A stretch of 64,000 nt of DNA from Clostridia bacterium (GCA_029007095.1 JAQXHF010000050.1:1061-65060), one strand, 5' to 3'; numbered from the stretch's first letter, positions 46,601-56,722 are shown. The notes: generated from the sequence alone by a model not told the origin. Translations and numbers: made by a program.

Positions 46601-47400
46601 GAGGTATAATCGGTTATGTTGAAGCTTATAATGCTGAATCTTCCGTCTTTTGAAGATCTGACTTCTGAGGAAAATATATCGCCCCATACGATAATTTCTC
46701 CGTCATCGGGCGTACATTCAGCGATTTTTTTGGGCTTTCCCTTGACTATCGTGCCGAAAAGAGCTTTTGCATTCGTTATTGATATCGGCAAATCATCGTA
46801 AGCCTGTGCTTTCGGCTTCTTCTCCACAGGAGCTTTTGAAGCGGCGACAGGATCGGAACGGACAGCCGTTACGGCTATCTTTTGATTTTCATTACTTTGA
46901 ATTTTTTGCAGAACTGCGATGTCGTCCTGCGGCTTCTCGGAGCTTTGAATCTGAACCGTAAAACGGCGGTCAAATCTTTCTGAAATAATATTTGATATAA
47001 ATTTATCGCAGCCGAGATTTACAAGAATATCGCGTCCGTTTTCGGCAAGGTTTATTTTAACGGTATTTGCAGAAACAGAGTATTCTGCCCCGTCGAGAAT
47101 TTTTTGCGAAGCAGGGAAATTGATGTAAACTTCTTTTATTATAGGAGCAAGACAGTCCTCGTTGAAGCTTTCGGGAGGAAAGTGAAATTTGAAATCGAGA
47201 TGTTTAAGCCGCATTATATTTTTGAGCTGTTCACCGGTGGATTTTATTACGGAGATATCAACAGGCATGGGAAAATTAACAAGCATACTCACGCTTCTTT
47301 CGCTGAGGCTTGCTTCTATTTTTTCCACCGTTGCAGAGCCGAAATATGCGGCGCAGCCCGGATCTATGTATTCACCGAATAACTCTAAAAATGTTTTCAA
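43603..47400 (-). CDS. polC: PolC-type DNA polymerase III alpha subunit, lacking the 3'-5' exonuclease insert
   Basis: RVELHLHTNMSAMDGI...AITDHGVVQSFPEA (PHP), ...YHIIILAKNTQGLKNLYKL..., polymerase core, Zn-finger CEKCKHSEF...CPNCG. 1265 aa. Confidence 0.93.
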   Translation of the reverse strand: MKTFLELFGEYIDPGCAAYFGSATVEKIEASLSERSVSMLVNFPMPVDISVIKSTGEQLKNIMRLKHLDFKFHFPPESFNEDCLAPIIKEVYINFPASQKILDGAEYSVSANTVKINLAENGRDILVNLGCDKFISNIISERFDRRFTVQIQSSEKPQDDIAVLQKIQSNENQKIAVTAVRSDPVAASKAPVEKKPKAQAYDDLPISITNAKALFGTIVKGKPKKIAECTPDDGEIIVWGDIFSSEVRSSKDGRFSIISFNITDYTSSYPVKVFGNKQKCEDFVNSIKDGMTVLIRGAITMDSYMHTYILDAKAVTQIEKIEKQDTSQEKRVELHLHTNMSAMDGISSAKDLVSRAAAWGHKAIAITDHGVVQSFPEACNTAAKAGIKIIYGMEGYLVNDDAFYDKYGFGIDDEIPDEYADEVRAEKTYHIIILAKNTQGLKNLYKLITDSNLKFFKRRPRIPRHRLMQYREGLLIGSACEAGELYHAMVDGKSDDELLKIADFYDYLEIQPTGNNSFMLRSNDERYERFKTVEDLEELNKKLIRIADKLGKLTVATCDVHFRDPGDSVYREILMTSMGFKDASQQAPLFFRTTDEMLAEFAYLGEETAREVVITNTNKIADLCEADMTPFPRGTFPPSLDGADEDLTRICWERTKRDYGDPVPPNVAARLDKELKSIISNGFGVLYMIAQKLVQNSEEHGYYVGSRGSVGSSFVAHAAGISEVNPLPPHYVCEKCKHSEFFEDGSVGSGFDLPPKNCPNCGIPMHRDGHDIPFETFLGFKGDKQPDIDLNFSGEYQFYAHRYTEELFGEDHTFKAGTIGTVAEKTAYGFVKKWLEVNGLTVNRAEEERLAKGCVGVKRTTGQHPGGMVVIPADNDAEDFTPIQHPADDVSGGLRTTHFDFHSLHDTILKLDNLGHDVPTFYKHLEDLTGVKVFEADVCDPKLYQLLTSPEPLGVTADEISCETGTLSLPELGTPFVRQMLLDAKPKNFSDMLQISGLSHGTDVWLGNAQDLIKNGTCTISEVIGTRDSIMVYLMHKGLEPDMAFKIMEIVRKGNATKLLTQDHINAMKSHNVPQWYIDSCMKIKYMFPKAHAAAYVIAAMRLAWYKVYYPTEYYATYMSVRGEDLDTVAIMNGRDAVKRCMRSITEKGKDATAKEENMFVAMQVVNEMMARGVEFLPVDLYKSHATVYKIEDGKIRLPFASMSGTGESAAISLMKARDDGEGEYMSRDDLQQRAGISKSVMETLEQSGALEGLPQSTQISFFGF

Positions 47401-47414
47401 TTTTACACTTCCGT

Positions 47415-48464
47415 TTAAATTTTTTCTATTTCTTTTACTAATTCAGTAACAATATCTTTTTCTTCGATTTTGCGTATTATTTCGCCTTTTTTGAAAAGCA
47501 TGGCGCAGCCGTCGCCCCCGGCGATACCGATATCGGCTTCATGAGCCTCACCCGGTCCGTTTACAACGCAGCCCATAACAGCTACTTTGATGTTTTTTTT
47601 GCAGTCTTTCAGAGCGGCTTCGACTTCATTGGCAACCCTTATCAGGTCGATTTTGGTGCGGCCGCAGGTGGGGCAGGAAACTATCTGAACTCCGTCACGG
47701 CGAAGTCCGATAGCTTTGAGAATATCAATTCCCGCATACACTTCATTCACCGGATTGTCCGTCAGCGAAACTCTTATGGTATCGCCTATACCGTGGAGAA
47801 GCAGACTGCCGATACCGGCGCTTGATTTAATAAGTCCCATACGGGCGGTGCCTGCTTCGGTAACTCCGAGGTGGAGAGGATAGCTACATTGCTGAGCGAC
47901 TGTTTCATAGGCGCTTATCATATTTTTGACATCTGATGATTTGATAGAAATTACAATATCGTCGAAATCGAATTTTTCAAGCAAAGACGCATGGTACATC
48001 GCGCTTTTTGCCATAGCTTCGGGTGTAGGCGCGCCGAATTCGGCAAGGATTTCTTTCTCGACCGAACCGGAATTTACACCTATCCTTATAGGAATATTTC
48101 TTGCGCGGCATGCTTTGACAACTTCTTTTACACGGTCGTCAGAACCGATATTACCCGGATTTATGCGTACCTTGTCAACTCCTGCCGCGACCGATTCTAT
48201 CGCAAGACGGTAATCAAAGTGAATATCCGCGACTATGGGAGCTTTTACCGCTTCTTTTAAGGCAGGAATCAGCTTAACTGCCTCTTTATCGGGGATAGCG
48301 GCTCTTATTATCTGACAGCCGGCTTTTTCAAGTTCAACAGCTTGCTTAACACTTGCTTCAATATCGTGAGCAGGTTTATTTAGCATTGATTGGACGCTTA
48401 TCGGCGCGTCACCGCCGACAAGTACGCCGCCGACCGATACTTGCTTTGTTTTTCGTCTTTCCAT
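47415..48464 (-). CDS. ispG: 4-hydroxy-3-methylbut-2-en-1-yl diphosphate synthase
   Basis: VSVGGVLVGGDAPISVQSM...RINPGN...SCPTCGR...MGCVVNGPGE. Confidence 0.95.
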   Translation of the reverse strand: MERRKTKQVSVGGVLVGGDAPISVQSMLNKPAHDIEASVKQAVELEKAGCQIIRAAIPDKEAVKLIPALKEAVKAPIVADIHFDYRLAIESVAAGVDKVRINPGNIGSDDRVKEVVKACRARNIPIRIGVNSGSVEKEILAEFGAPTPEAMAKSAMYHASLLEKFDFDDIVISIKSSDVKNMISAYETVAQQCSYPLHLGVTEAGTARMGLIKSSAGIGSLLLHGIGDTIRVSLTDNPVNEVYAGIDILKAIGLRRDGVQIVSCPTCGRTKIDLIRVANEVEAALKDCKKNIKVAVMGCVVNGPGEAHEADIGIAGGDGCAMLFKKGEIIRKIEEKDIVTELVKEIEKI

Positions 48465-48541
48465 AGATACAACAGCCCCTTTTCTGAGGTTAAATGAATG
48501 TTATGAATTGTGCTTTGTGATTTTTATGAAAGCTAAGCACA

Positions 48542-49132
48542 TTAAATATGCCAAGAGATGTTTTCTTTTATAATTTTTGCCGGTACTCCTCCGTTAACAT
48601 CATGAGTAACTACGGCTCCGGCGGCAATGACGCTTCCTCGTCCGATAGTTACCCCTTTAAGTATTTTAGCACCCATTCCAATCCAGACATCATCTTCAAT
48701 TACTATCGGTGCGGATTTCTTTTGATTGCCGGAAATAAGATGATTGTCGCTGTCCCGGATAATAACATCTTCTGCAATGATTACATTTTTGCCTATCGTT
48801 ATGCTTTCATAGCAATAAATTTTGCTGTCACAATTACAATAACCGCTGCCTATTTTTAATTCGGCATTTTTCATTACGCTCAATTTACATCCGGTATAAA
48901 AGGTAAATTCTCCGTCGCAGCTAATCTTTGAACCTTGACCGATTTCAATATAACCTGCGGTTTTTCTCTTTTGTTTAGAGTTGAGCGGAACATTGAAATA
49001 AATCAGTCCGCTAACATCAATTTTACTTGATTTATCTTTAACAACAGAAACGGGACGATAGCAATAAAAGTTTTTGCAAACCTTTGTTATTCCTCTGAAA
49101 AACAAAAGAATCTCATTTAAAAATTGTTTCAT
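48542..49132 (-). CDS. Hexapeptide-repeat (LbH) acetyltransferase
   Basis: ...[19 protein letters not shown]...[35 protein letters not shown]. Three consecutive ATGs (49138/49135/49132) directly follow the GGAGG formed by the last codons of rseP. The third has the best spacing. Confidence 0.7.
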   Translation of the reverse strand: MKQFLNEILLFFRGITKVCKNFYCYRPVSVVKDKSSKIDVSGLIYFNVPLNSKQKRKTAGYIEIGQGSKISCDGEFTFYTGCKLSVMKNAELKIGSGYCNCDSKIYCYESITIGKNVIIAEDVIIRDSDNHLISGNQKKSAPIVIEDDVWIGMGAKILKGVTIGRGSVIAAGAVVTHDVNGGVPAKIIKENISWHI

Positions 49133-49134
49133 CA

Positions 49135-50199
49135 TCATCCTCCGACTATCAATACCCAAATATCTTTAAAAGTTATAGCAAGCATAAGAAGAAGCAGAAT
49201 AACAAGACCGATTGCGTGTACCAAACCCTCGCGTTTAGGATCAACAGGCTTGCCGCGAACAAGTTCTATCAGGAGGAAAAACAGTCTTCCGCCGTCAAGA
49301 GCGGGAATAGGCAGGAGGTTAAATACACCGATATTTATTGATATCATCGCCATAAGGCTTATCATACCCGAATAATCCTTATCTGTCTTAGAACTCTCGG
49401 CGACCTTTGAAACGGTATCAACTACGCCGACAGGTCCGGAAACATCCTTGAATGAATATTTGCCTGTTATCAGGTCAAAAACGCTCAGCCATATCATTCT
49501 GAATGTGCTTGCAGACTCTTTGAAAGTATCTTTTATAATTGTTTTAGCCGTTCTGTCCGTGCCGAAAACAACTATTGAATAGGTTGGAATTTCCGCATCG
49601 GTAAGCTCGATTTTTTCACCGTTTCTTTCGATAGTGATATCAGCTTTACCGTCGGCATTTCTACCGAGCAGATAATATATATCGAGGTAATAATAAATTC
49701 GTTTACCGTCTATTTTGATTATTTTATCGTTTTGCTGTAAACCGCCGTAGGAGGTAACTTTCTTATCATCTATTATAAAACCGTTTACATAGCTGCTTCC
49801 GGAAAGACTGTTGCTTATTCCCTGTGAAATTCCGACAAGCATAAGACCGAGAATTATATTGACGAGAGCGCCGGCAACAACTATTACGATTCTTTGCCAG
49901 CACGATTTTTTGTTAAAGGCGTTTTCGTCTTCGCTGTCCTCGTCCTCACCCTCCATACTGACATATCCGCCGATAGGCAGAAGCCTGAGAGAGTAGGTGG
50001 TATTGTTCTTCTTTTTGCTGAAAAGCTTAGGCCCCATTCCGATAGCGAATTCGTTAATTTTTACTTTAAAAAGCTTCGCAAAACAGAAGTGACCTAATTC
50101 GTGTGTTATTATTATCAATCCAAAGAAAAGAATGGCCAGAACTATCGTCCATTTGTCGAGAATTGATGACATTATACTTGAAAAACTGAGTAACTGCAA
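49135..50199 (-). CDS. rseP: RIP (site-2) zinc metalloprotease RseP/RasP
   Basis: ITHELGHF (HExxH), PDZ region, [11 protein letters not shown]. Start is uncertain: TTG 50199 or ATG 50172. Confidence 0.85.
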   Translation of the reverse strand: MQLLSFSSIMSSILDKWTIVLAILFFGLIIITHELGHFCFAKLFKVKINEFAIGMGPKLFSKKKNNTTYSLRLLPIGGYVSMEGEDEDSEDENAFNKKSCWQRIVIVVAGALVNIILGLMLVGISQGISNSLSGSSYVNGFIIDDKKVTSYGGLQQNDKIIKIDGKRIYYYLDIYYLLGRNADGKADITIERNGEKIELTDAEIPTYSIVVFGTDRTAKTIIKDTFKESASTFRMIWLSVFDLITGKYSFKDVSGPVGVVDTVSKVAESSKTDKDYSGMISLMAMISINIGVFNLLPIPALDGGRLFFLLIELVRGKPVDPKREGLVHAIGLVILLLLMLAITFKDIWVLIVGG

Positions 50200-50220
50200 A
50201 GCGTGTAAGACACCTCCGAT

Positions 50221-51363
50221 TTATATTTTGCTTTTTACAAAATCGCTTGCCCATTTGCAGGCGTCGTGTATGTCCGAAAGAGTGTAATCGGATTTCTGAC
50301 AGGCAAGCTCAACGGCAGAGCGAACAAGCTCCTCAATTTGCGTGAATTTTATCTTACCCTGTCTGAAAGCCAGGTTAGCTTCCTCATTTGCAGCGTTGGC
50401 GCAAGCGGGTTTGAGACCGCCCTCGTTGATTGCGGCTCTGCAAACATTGATAAGTCCGAAAGTTTCATAATCCGGTTTGTCAAAGGTGAGCGTTCCGTAA
50501 TCGGTAAGAGAAAGCTGTTTAACGGGCGAGGGGATTCGATCGGGATAGGTGAGAGCGTACTGTATCGGTATCCTCATATCAGGAACGCCGAGCTGTGCTA
50601 TTACTGAATTGTCGCAGTATTCGACAAGAGAATGTACTACACTCTGACGGTGAACGACTATATCAATATTGTCGGGTTTCATATCAAAAAGCCACACAGC
50701 CTCGATAAGTTCAAGTCCTTTGTTCATCATTGTAGCGGAATCTATCGTTATTTTGGCTCCCATACTCCAATTCGGGTGGTTCAAAGCCTGTTCGACTGTA
50801 ATATCCGCAAGCTCCGATTTCTTCTTGCCGAAGAAAGGTCCGCCGGAGGCCGTAAGAATAAGCCTTTTTACCTCTGAAAAATTACGACAGCCTTGAAGTG
50901 ACTGAAATATAGCTGAATGTTCGCTGTCAACGGGGAGGATTTTTATGCCTTTCTCTTTGGCAAGCTCAGTTACGATTTTGCCGCCGGTGACGAGAGTTTC
51001 TTTGTTAGCAAGCGCAAGCTTATTGCCTGCATTGAGGACGGAAATCGTCGGTTCAAGCCCTGCCATTCCGACAATGCTGTTAAGCACATAGTCGGCTGAG
51101 AGCGACGCACATTCGCAAACTCCGTCCATGCCGGAAAGAATTTTTGTGCCTGTGTCGCTGACCTTGACTTTAAGCTCGCCCGCCGCCTTTTCGTCAACGA
51201 GAGCGGCATATTTAGGCTTATACTTTCTTATTTGATTTTCCATTTTATCGACGCAGGAATTGGCGGTCAGAGCGAGAACCTCATAACCCTGCATATCCAC
51301 AACATCGAGAGCCTGAGTGCCGATGGAGCCTGTTGAACCGAGAATAGTTACAACCTTACTCAT
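50221..51363 (-). CDS. dxr: 1-deoxy-D-xylulose 5-phosphate reductoisomerase
   Basis: ILGSTGSIGTQALDV...LANKE...VDSEHSAIFQ...NKGLE. Confidence 0.95.
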   Translation of the reverse strand: MSKVVTILGSTGSIGTQALDVVDMQGYEVLALTANSCVDKMENQIRKYKPKYAALVDEKAAGELKVKVSDTGTKILSGMDGVCECASLSADYVLNSIVGMAGLEPTISVLNAGNKLALANKETLVTGGKIVTELAKEKGIKILPVDSEHSAIFQSLQGCRNFSEVKRLILTASGGPFFGKKKSELADITVEQALNHPNWSMGAKITIDSATMMNKGLELIEAVWLFDMKPDNIDIVVHRQSVVHSLVEYCDNSVIAQLGVPDMRIPIQYALTYPDRIPSPVKQLSLTDYGTLTFDKPDYETFGLINVCRAAINEGGLKPACANAANEEANLAFRQGKIKFTQIEELVRSAVELACQKSDYTLSDIHDACKWASDFVKSKI

Positions 51364-51372
51364 ATTATCACC

Positions 51373-52227
51373 TTAAAATGCATTGATAATGCAAACTATT
51401 GCGTACATTGTCGGCAGGACAAAAACCATACTGTCAAAACGATCCATAACTCCGCCGTGACCGGGGATTATCCAACCGTAGTCTTTAACGCCGAAATTAC
51501 GCTTTATTACAGAGGCGGAAAGATCGCCGAATATGCTTATTATTGAAATTATAATTGAAATGGGGATTATCGTGTACCATTCCCAATCTGTGAAAGGAGA
51601 AGTGAAAAACTTTGCTTTGAAAATGAAATAGAGCGCGATATTTGCCGCCGCTGTGAGCAAAACTCCTCCGACAGCACCCTCCCAGGTTTTTTTAGGACTT
51701 ATTACGGGAGTCATCTTATGCTTTCCGAATGCAACGCCGGAAAAATACGCAAATGTATCCGTAAGCCAAGCGCAGAAGAAAGCGAAAAGAATTAAGTATA
51801 TCGCGTGCGAAGCGTTGTATTTGCCATCAAAATCGTATTGAACATCGTGAAGCCTTATCCAGCAGGAGAGGGCTTCGGGTATCGCAAGAGAAGAAAAAAT
51901 CGAAACTGCAACCTGTTCAAATTTATTTTTATTATGGCGAACAACCATAATGATGAGCATTGCTATTACATAAAAAGACAGCGCGGTAAGCGGCTGAATA
52001 TTTATTTTGTCGAGCAATTCATATTCAACATTTATGGGTATAAAAGCGGCAACTGCGATTGAGGGAATCATTACGGACAAATCCGCTTTGACAATGTTGT
52101 TCATCTCATAAACTCCGACTGCGCTTGCAAGCGCGACAAAAAGCGCGAGCGCCGGGGTGTTCATAAGGAAAAGCACCGCGATAACGAGAGCGGCGTATAA
52201 TACTCCTGAAATAATGCGAGTTTTCAT
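51373..52227 (-). CDS. cdsA: Phosphatidate cytidylyltransferase
   Basis: ...ISPKKTWEG..GG...GDL.AS.IKR..GVKD.G..IPGHGG.MDRFDS. ATG 52227 follows AGAGAGGA. Confidence 0.9.
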   Translation of the reverse strand: MKTRIISGVLYAALVIAVLFLMNTPALALFVALASAVGVYEMNNIVKADLSVMIPSIAVAAFIPINVEYELLDKINIQPLTALSFYVIAMLIIMVVRHNKNKFEQVAVSIFSSLAIPEALSCWIRLHDVQYDFDGKYNASHAIYLILFAFFCAWLTDTFAYFSGVAFGKHKMTPVISPKKTWEGAVGGVLLTAAANIALYFIFKAKFFTSPFTDWEWYTIIPISIIISIISIFGDLSASVIKRNFGVKDYGWIIPGHGGVMDRFDSMVFVLPTMYAIVCIINAF

Positions 52228-52390
52228 GATGGAAAATCCTCTCTTTTGAACTATTCGATTAGGGACAAAGTTCTGCAAATCAGCGGTTCAGCGGTGGATT
52301 TACCACCGCTGACAGAATTAAGCAGATTATACCTTGCTGTGTGAACCCTGCTCTAAATTATATTGCCGAAATAATACTTACAGAACAGTA

Positions 52391-53107
52391 TCAAACTCCG
52401 CCGAAGCGCCTTGTTCGCTTGTTGTAGTCGTCAATGGCTCTGTCAAGATCTTTTTCCGTAAAATCCGGCCAAAGGATATCCGAAAACCAGAATTCGGAAT
52501 ATGCGGACTGCCATATCATAAAGTTTGAAAGCCTGTATTCGCCGCTCGGACGGATTATTAAATCGGGATCCGGCTGACCGGCGGTATATATGTTTGCGGA
52601 GATATCGTCCTCGGTTATGTCTTCGGGATTTATCTCGCCGTTTTTTACTTTTTGTGCAATAATTCTGCACGCGTCGGTAATTTCAAGTCTGCCGCCGTAA
52701 TTGACCGCGATATTGACATTTATGCGGTTTGCGCTTCTCGATTCTTTTTCGGTTGTATCAAAAAGCTCGATTATGTCCTCCGGCATACCTTCTCTGTGAC
52801 CGATAAAACTGATATGCATACCTTTTTCTTCGTTTTCATCCTGTCTTTCCTGAGCCTCTTTCAGATAATCTCTGAAAAGGTCCATAAGGGCGGAAACTTC
52901 CTCGGGAGGTCTGCGCCAGTTCTCGGTAGAGAAAGCGTAAAAGGTTATATTTTTAATTCCGATTTCATCGGCATAATCGCAAATGCGGCGAAAAACCTGC
53001 GCTCCGGCTTTATGCCCCTCGGAACGCGGCAGGTTTCTTTGCTTCGCCCAGCGGCCGTTGCCGTCCATTATTATGCCGATATGGGCGGGAACATTTCTTT
53101 TTTCCAT
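52391..53107 (-). CDS. uppS: Isoprenyl transferase (undecaprenyl diphosphate synthase)
   Basis: HIGIIMDGNGRWA...FSTENW.RP..EV...RPSGE.RLSNF..WQ..YSE. Confidence 0.95.
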   Translation of the reverse strand: MEKRNVPAHIGIIMDGNGRWAKQRNLPRSEGHKAGAQVFRRICDYADEIGIKNITFYAFSTENWRRPPEEVSALMDLFRDYLKEAQERQDENEEKGMHISFIGHREGMPEDIIELFDTTEKESRSANRINVNIAVNYGGRLEITDACRIIAQKVKNGEINPEDITEDDISANIYTAGQPDPDLIIRPSGEYRLSNFMIWQSAYSEFWFSDILWPDFTEKDLDRAIDDYNKRTRRFGGV

Positions 53108-53158
53108 ATAAATATCTCCGTAGCAAATAAATATTTATATCTCAGCGCAAGCCGATAT

Positions 53159-53713
53159 TTATATTTCCATAACCTCTTTTTCTTTTGCGGAGGAAAGAGC
53201 GTCGATATCCTTGATAAAACCGTCTGTGATTTTCTGAAGCTCGTCTTCACCGCTTTTAAGATCGTCCTCTGTGATTTCGGAGGCTTTCTGCATCTTTTTG
53301 AGCTTATCAATGCAGTCGCGGCGGATTGAACGGATAGCAACTTTGGAATCCTCTGCGGTTTTCTTTACCTCTTTTACGAGTTCCTTTCTTCTGTCCTCGG
53401 TGAGCTGAGGGAAGGTAAGTCTGATAACCGAACCGTCATTCTGCGGATTTATTCCGATGTCGGAGGACTGAATTGCCTTATAAATTGAGTTGAGCGTGGA
53501 TTTATCCCACGGCTGGATTACGAGGATTCTTGCCTCTGCGACCGAAACTGCCGCCATCTGATTTATCGGTGTGGGAACTCCGTAGTAGTCAACAAGAACC
53601 TTGTCGAGTACGCTTGCGTTTGCTCTGCCTGCGCGCAAAGCGGCGTAATCGTTTTTGAGTACGGAGGTGGTTTTTGACATTTTTTCCTTTGCATAATTGA
53701 ATACTTCTTTCAT
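53159..53713 (-). CDS. frr: Ribosome recycling factor
   Basis: 184 aa. ...LRAGRANASVLD.V.VDYYG..TP..Q.A.....EAR...I.PWD. Confidence 0.95.
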   Translation of the reverse strand: MKEVFNYAKEKMSKTTSVLKNDYAALRAGRANASVLDKVLVDYYGVPTPINQMAAVSVAEARILVIQPWDKSTLNSIYKAIQSSDIGINPQNDGSVIRLTFPQLTEDRRKELVKEVKKTAEDSKVAIRSIRRDCIDKLKKMQKASEITEDDLKSGEDELQKITDGFIKDIDALSSAKEKEVMEI

Positions 53714-53752
53714 AGTGATTCTCCTTTGTGATTTTATTTGTTGATTATGTTA

Positions 53753-54451
53753 TTATTCTTTGACTAAGGTTCCTACGCTTTCACCGTTAAGCGCGCGCAG
53801 GATGTTTTCGGGATCTTCAAGGTTGAATACAAGAATCGAGATTCCGTTATCCCTGCAAAGTGAAGCCGCGGTGCTGTCCATAACTTTAAGTCCCTTTGCA
53901 AGAACCTCGGAGTGAGTAAGCACATCGTATTTTACGGCGTCGTCGAATTTGTTGGGATCTTTGTCATATACTCCGTCAACATTAGTGGCTTTGAAGATGA
54001 CATCGGCTTCGATTTCGGCGGCTCTGAGCGCTGCGGTTGTATCTGTCGAGAAGAAAGGACAGCCTGTGCCGCAGCCGAAAATGACAACTTCACCGTCATT
54101 GAGGTGAGCAACGGCGTCACGGGCAACATACTGCTCTGCAATCGGCTGCATTGCGACCGACGACATAACGCGCGCTTTAACTCCGAGCTGTTCAAGAGCT
54201 TCGCAAAGAGCGAGAGAGTTCATAACCGTTGCGAGCATACCCATATTGTCCGCTCGTACGCGGTTCATATCTCCGCTGCTGCGTCCGCGCCAGAAGTTTC
54301 CTCCTCCGACAACAAGACCTATCTGAACTCCTGTGTCGGCGGCTCTCTTGATATATTGACATATATCGGATACGGTATCAAAATCAATTCCGTGGCCCGC
54401 CTTACCGGCAAGAACCTCGCCGCTGAGTTTGAGTAAAATTCTTTTAAACAT
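53753..54451 (-). CDS. pyrH: UMP kinase
   Basis: MFKRILLKLSGEVLAG...VVGGGNFWRG...ATNVDGVYD.DP. ATG 54451 follows GGAGG. Confidence 0.95.
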   Translation of the reverse strand: MFKRILLKLSGEVLAGKAGHGIDFDTVSDICQYIKRAADTGVQIGLVVGGGNFWRGRSSGDMNRVRADNMGMLATVMNSLALCEALEQLGVKARVMSSVAMQPIAEQYVARDAVAHLNDGEVVIFGCGTGCPFFSTDTTAALRAAEIEADVIFKATNVDGVYDKDPNKFDDAVKYDVLTHSEVLAKGLKVMDSTAASLCRDNGISILVFNLEDPENILRALNGESVGTLVKE

Positions 54452-54622
54452 ATTCGTACCTCCATGGTATCGCATTATACAAATATATTTTACTTGAAAA
54501 CTGCGGCGGTGTAAAGTGAAATTTAAAATAATTAACATATTTTTTTATTTTTTACGGATTTATTTGCGATTGTCGGATTTATGATGTATAATATACTCAT
54601 ATTTTATTTGGGAGACAAGACG

Positions 54623-56722
54623 ATGATTGATTTTATCAGACGAAATACGCCGAAAATTGCCGGTAATTTTACTCTTAAATATACAGAAACTCCGCCCGAC
54701 GGTTCGGATTACTACGAGATATATTCCGAGGACGGTAAAATAGTCCTTGCAGGCAACAGCAATCTCAGCCTTGCGATGGCATATTACCGATATCTCAATG
54801 AATACTGCTCGGTTGTAATAACAAGCGGCGAATACGATATTTCTTCGATTTACCGTTCGCCGTTGCCTGAAAAGAAGATTACCTATACCGCTCCGCAGAA
54901 AATCCGCGCGAGAATAAGCTACGAGATGTTTTCGCTTTCGGGTAATTTCTGGGGCTTTGACCGTTGGGAAAAAGAAATCGACTTTATGGCTATGCACGGA
55001 ATCAATGCCGCGCTTCAAACCGTCGGCTTTGAAGCCGTAACATTTTATACGCTTACAGACCTCGGTATGGATAAAAATTTCTGCGCCGAATTTGCAAGCG
55101 GACCGGCTTTCATAAGCCGTCAGGTTACGGGCAATATTGCAGGTATCCATTCGATAAACAGCATTGATTATATTGAAAAGAAGCTCTCTGTCGCAAAGAT
55201 GATTAACGATAGGGAAAGACAGCTCGGTATCGAGCCGATTTTCCCGGCGGCTATGCCGAGCGTGCCGTTCAGCCTCAGAAAGAAATACACAAAGATGGAT
55301 ATTTTCAAGGCGCCGCAATGGTACAATCTTCCTCCGATTTTTTACATTGAGCCTGACAACGGATTTTTCAGCGTGTTTAACCGTAAATTTCTTGAAACTC
55401 AGCGCGAGCTTCTCGGTGAAACGCACAGCTATATTTTTGAGCCTGCTTACGATGTTGATAAAAAAGGATATAACGCATATTTTAAAAATCTCGGTCCTGC
55501 CTTGTCGCAGCTTCTTGACGATTTTGACAGCGAAGCGGTTTGCTATACGCATGCAAGCTCTGTGAATGAGAATTTCTTTGAAAATATGGCGGGCAAAAAA
55601 TTTATTTTCATAGACGACTGCAACGCCGTTAGCGGTAATTTACTGGACGGCAAAAAATTCATTGTTGATATAGGCGGAAATAAATACGGAAGAACGGGAC
55701 TTTACGGCAACATAGATAAGCTTTGCAAAAATCCTTATGCACAGGCAAAGGCTGTCCGTCCCGATGTCTGCGGCTCCTGCATAAGCATTGATTCGTTTGA
55801 CGAAAATCCAATGTTCTGCGCCTGCGCTCTCGAAAGTATCAAGCGTTCTCAGCCGTTTGACTGCGAGGAATTCCTGCGCGATTTTGCGGAGAAACGATAT
55901 TCGACGGACAAGTTTGACTCTGCTGTAATTAAACTCAAAGAAATATGCTATAACACGGACGAATGTGCAGGTTCTATAATATGTGCAAGACCTGCAACCG
56001 AGTTAAAACATACCGCGCCGTATGATAATCTTACAGACAGGAACATAGATTTTCACGCGCTTTATGAGTTGGCAAGGGAAATAACCGACAGCGACGAAGC
56101 AAAAAATGATGAGATGAGAGCCGATATTCAGTCGATAGTCAGGCAGATTCTCAGCGAGCTTGCATATCCCGTATATCTTAAAGCAACCGAAAGCTTCAAA
56201 CAGCAAAATGTCGGCCTTTTTGAACAGCTAAGCAACCTTTTTCTTGAAATATGCAAGGATATGGACAGACTTTTGAAGACAAGAAAAGAAACGAATCTGT
56301 TTACGCATATTGAAGAAGCTCGTCAGCTCGGTTCGGATAAGGACGAGATACAAAGCTTAGAAATAAATTATCTGATGCTGCTCACAATTTGGGGACCTAT
56401 TGACCACTCGATGCTGTATGATACCGTGTGGAGAGAGTGGGGAGGTTTTGTCGAGGATTTTTACGCTCAGAGATGGTATATGTATTATCATTCGCTTGCG
56501 GCATATTTTGACAAGCCGAAAAAGCTTAAAGATGTTTCTAAAAGACAGCCGCTTGACAGGAACGAATACCAAGGTTCATATCAGGCTAAAAGATTGACGC
56601 TTTTTGAAAATAATTTTATTGAGAATTACATACCTAAGAGCGACGGAATTGCCGAAGAAGACGCGCTTACCGTTGCTAAGGAGCTTTTACATAAATACTC
56701 CGAGGTTATATACCAGTTCTGA
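54623..56722 (+). CDS. GH89 alpha-N-acetylglucosaminidase (NAGLU-like), no signal peptide
   Basis: ...WGFDRWEKEIDFMAMHGINAALQTVGFEAV..., a TIM-barrel core and a helical C-terminal domain, in the NAGLU three-domain layout. ATG 54623 follows GGGAGA. Confidence 0.8.
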   Translation: MIDFIRRNTPKIAGNFTLKYTETPPDGSDYYEIYSEDGKIVLAGNSNLSLAMAYYRYLNEYCSVVITSGEYDISSIYRSPLPEKKITYTAPQKIRARISYEMFSLSGNFWGFDRWEKEIDFMAMHGINAALQTVGFEAVTFYTLTDLGMDKNFCAEFASGPAFISRQVTGNIAGIHSINSIDYIEKKLSVAKMINDRERQLGIEPIFPAAMPSVPFSLRKKYTKMDIFKAPQWYNLPPIFYIEPDNGFFSVFNRKFLETQRELLGETHSYIFEPAYDVDKKGYNAYFKNLGPALSQLLDDFDSEAVCYTHASSVNENFFENMAGKKFIFIDDCNAVSGNLLDGKKFIVDIGGNKYGRTGLYGNIDKLCKNPYAQAKAVRPDVCGSCISIDSFDENPMFCACALESIKRSQPFDCEEFLRDFAEKRYSTDKFDSAVIKLKEICYNTDECAGSIICARPATELKHTAPYDNLTDRNIDFHALYELAREITDSDEAKNDEMRADIQSIVRQILSELAYPVYLKATESFKQQNVGLFEQLSNLFLEICKDMDRLLKTRKETNLFTHIEEARQLGSDKDEIQSLEINYLMLLTIWGPIDHSMLYDTVWREWGGFVEDFYAQRWYMYYHSLAAYFDKPKKLKDVSKRQPLDRNEYQGSYQAKRLTLFENNFIENYIPKSDGIAEEDALTVAKELLHKYSEVIYQF

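Noticed and set aside
43846-47449. Multiple plus-strand ORFs of 60-218 aa inside polC
   Set aside because: All overlap the continuous 1265-aa PolC frame on the opposite strand.
52652-54436. Plus-strand ORFs 52652-53329 (225 aa) and 53912-54436 (174 aa)
   Set aside because: They are antisense to uppS/frr and pyrH, which carry textbook motifs.
54560-55552. 330-aa minus-strand ORF
   Set aside because: It is antisense to the GH89 gene. It is Arg/Lys/Phe-rich with no motifs.
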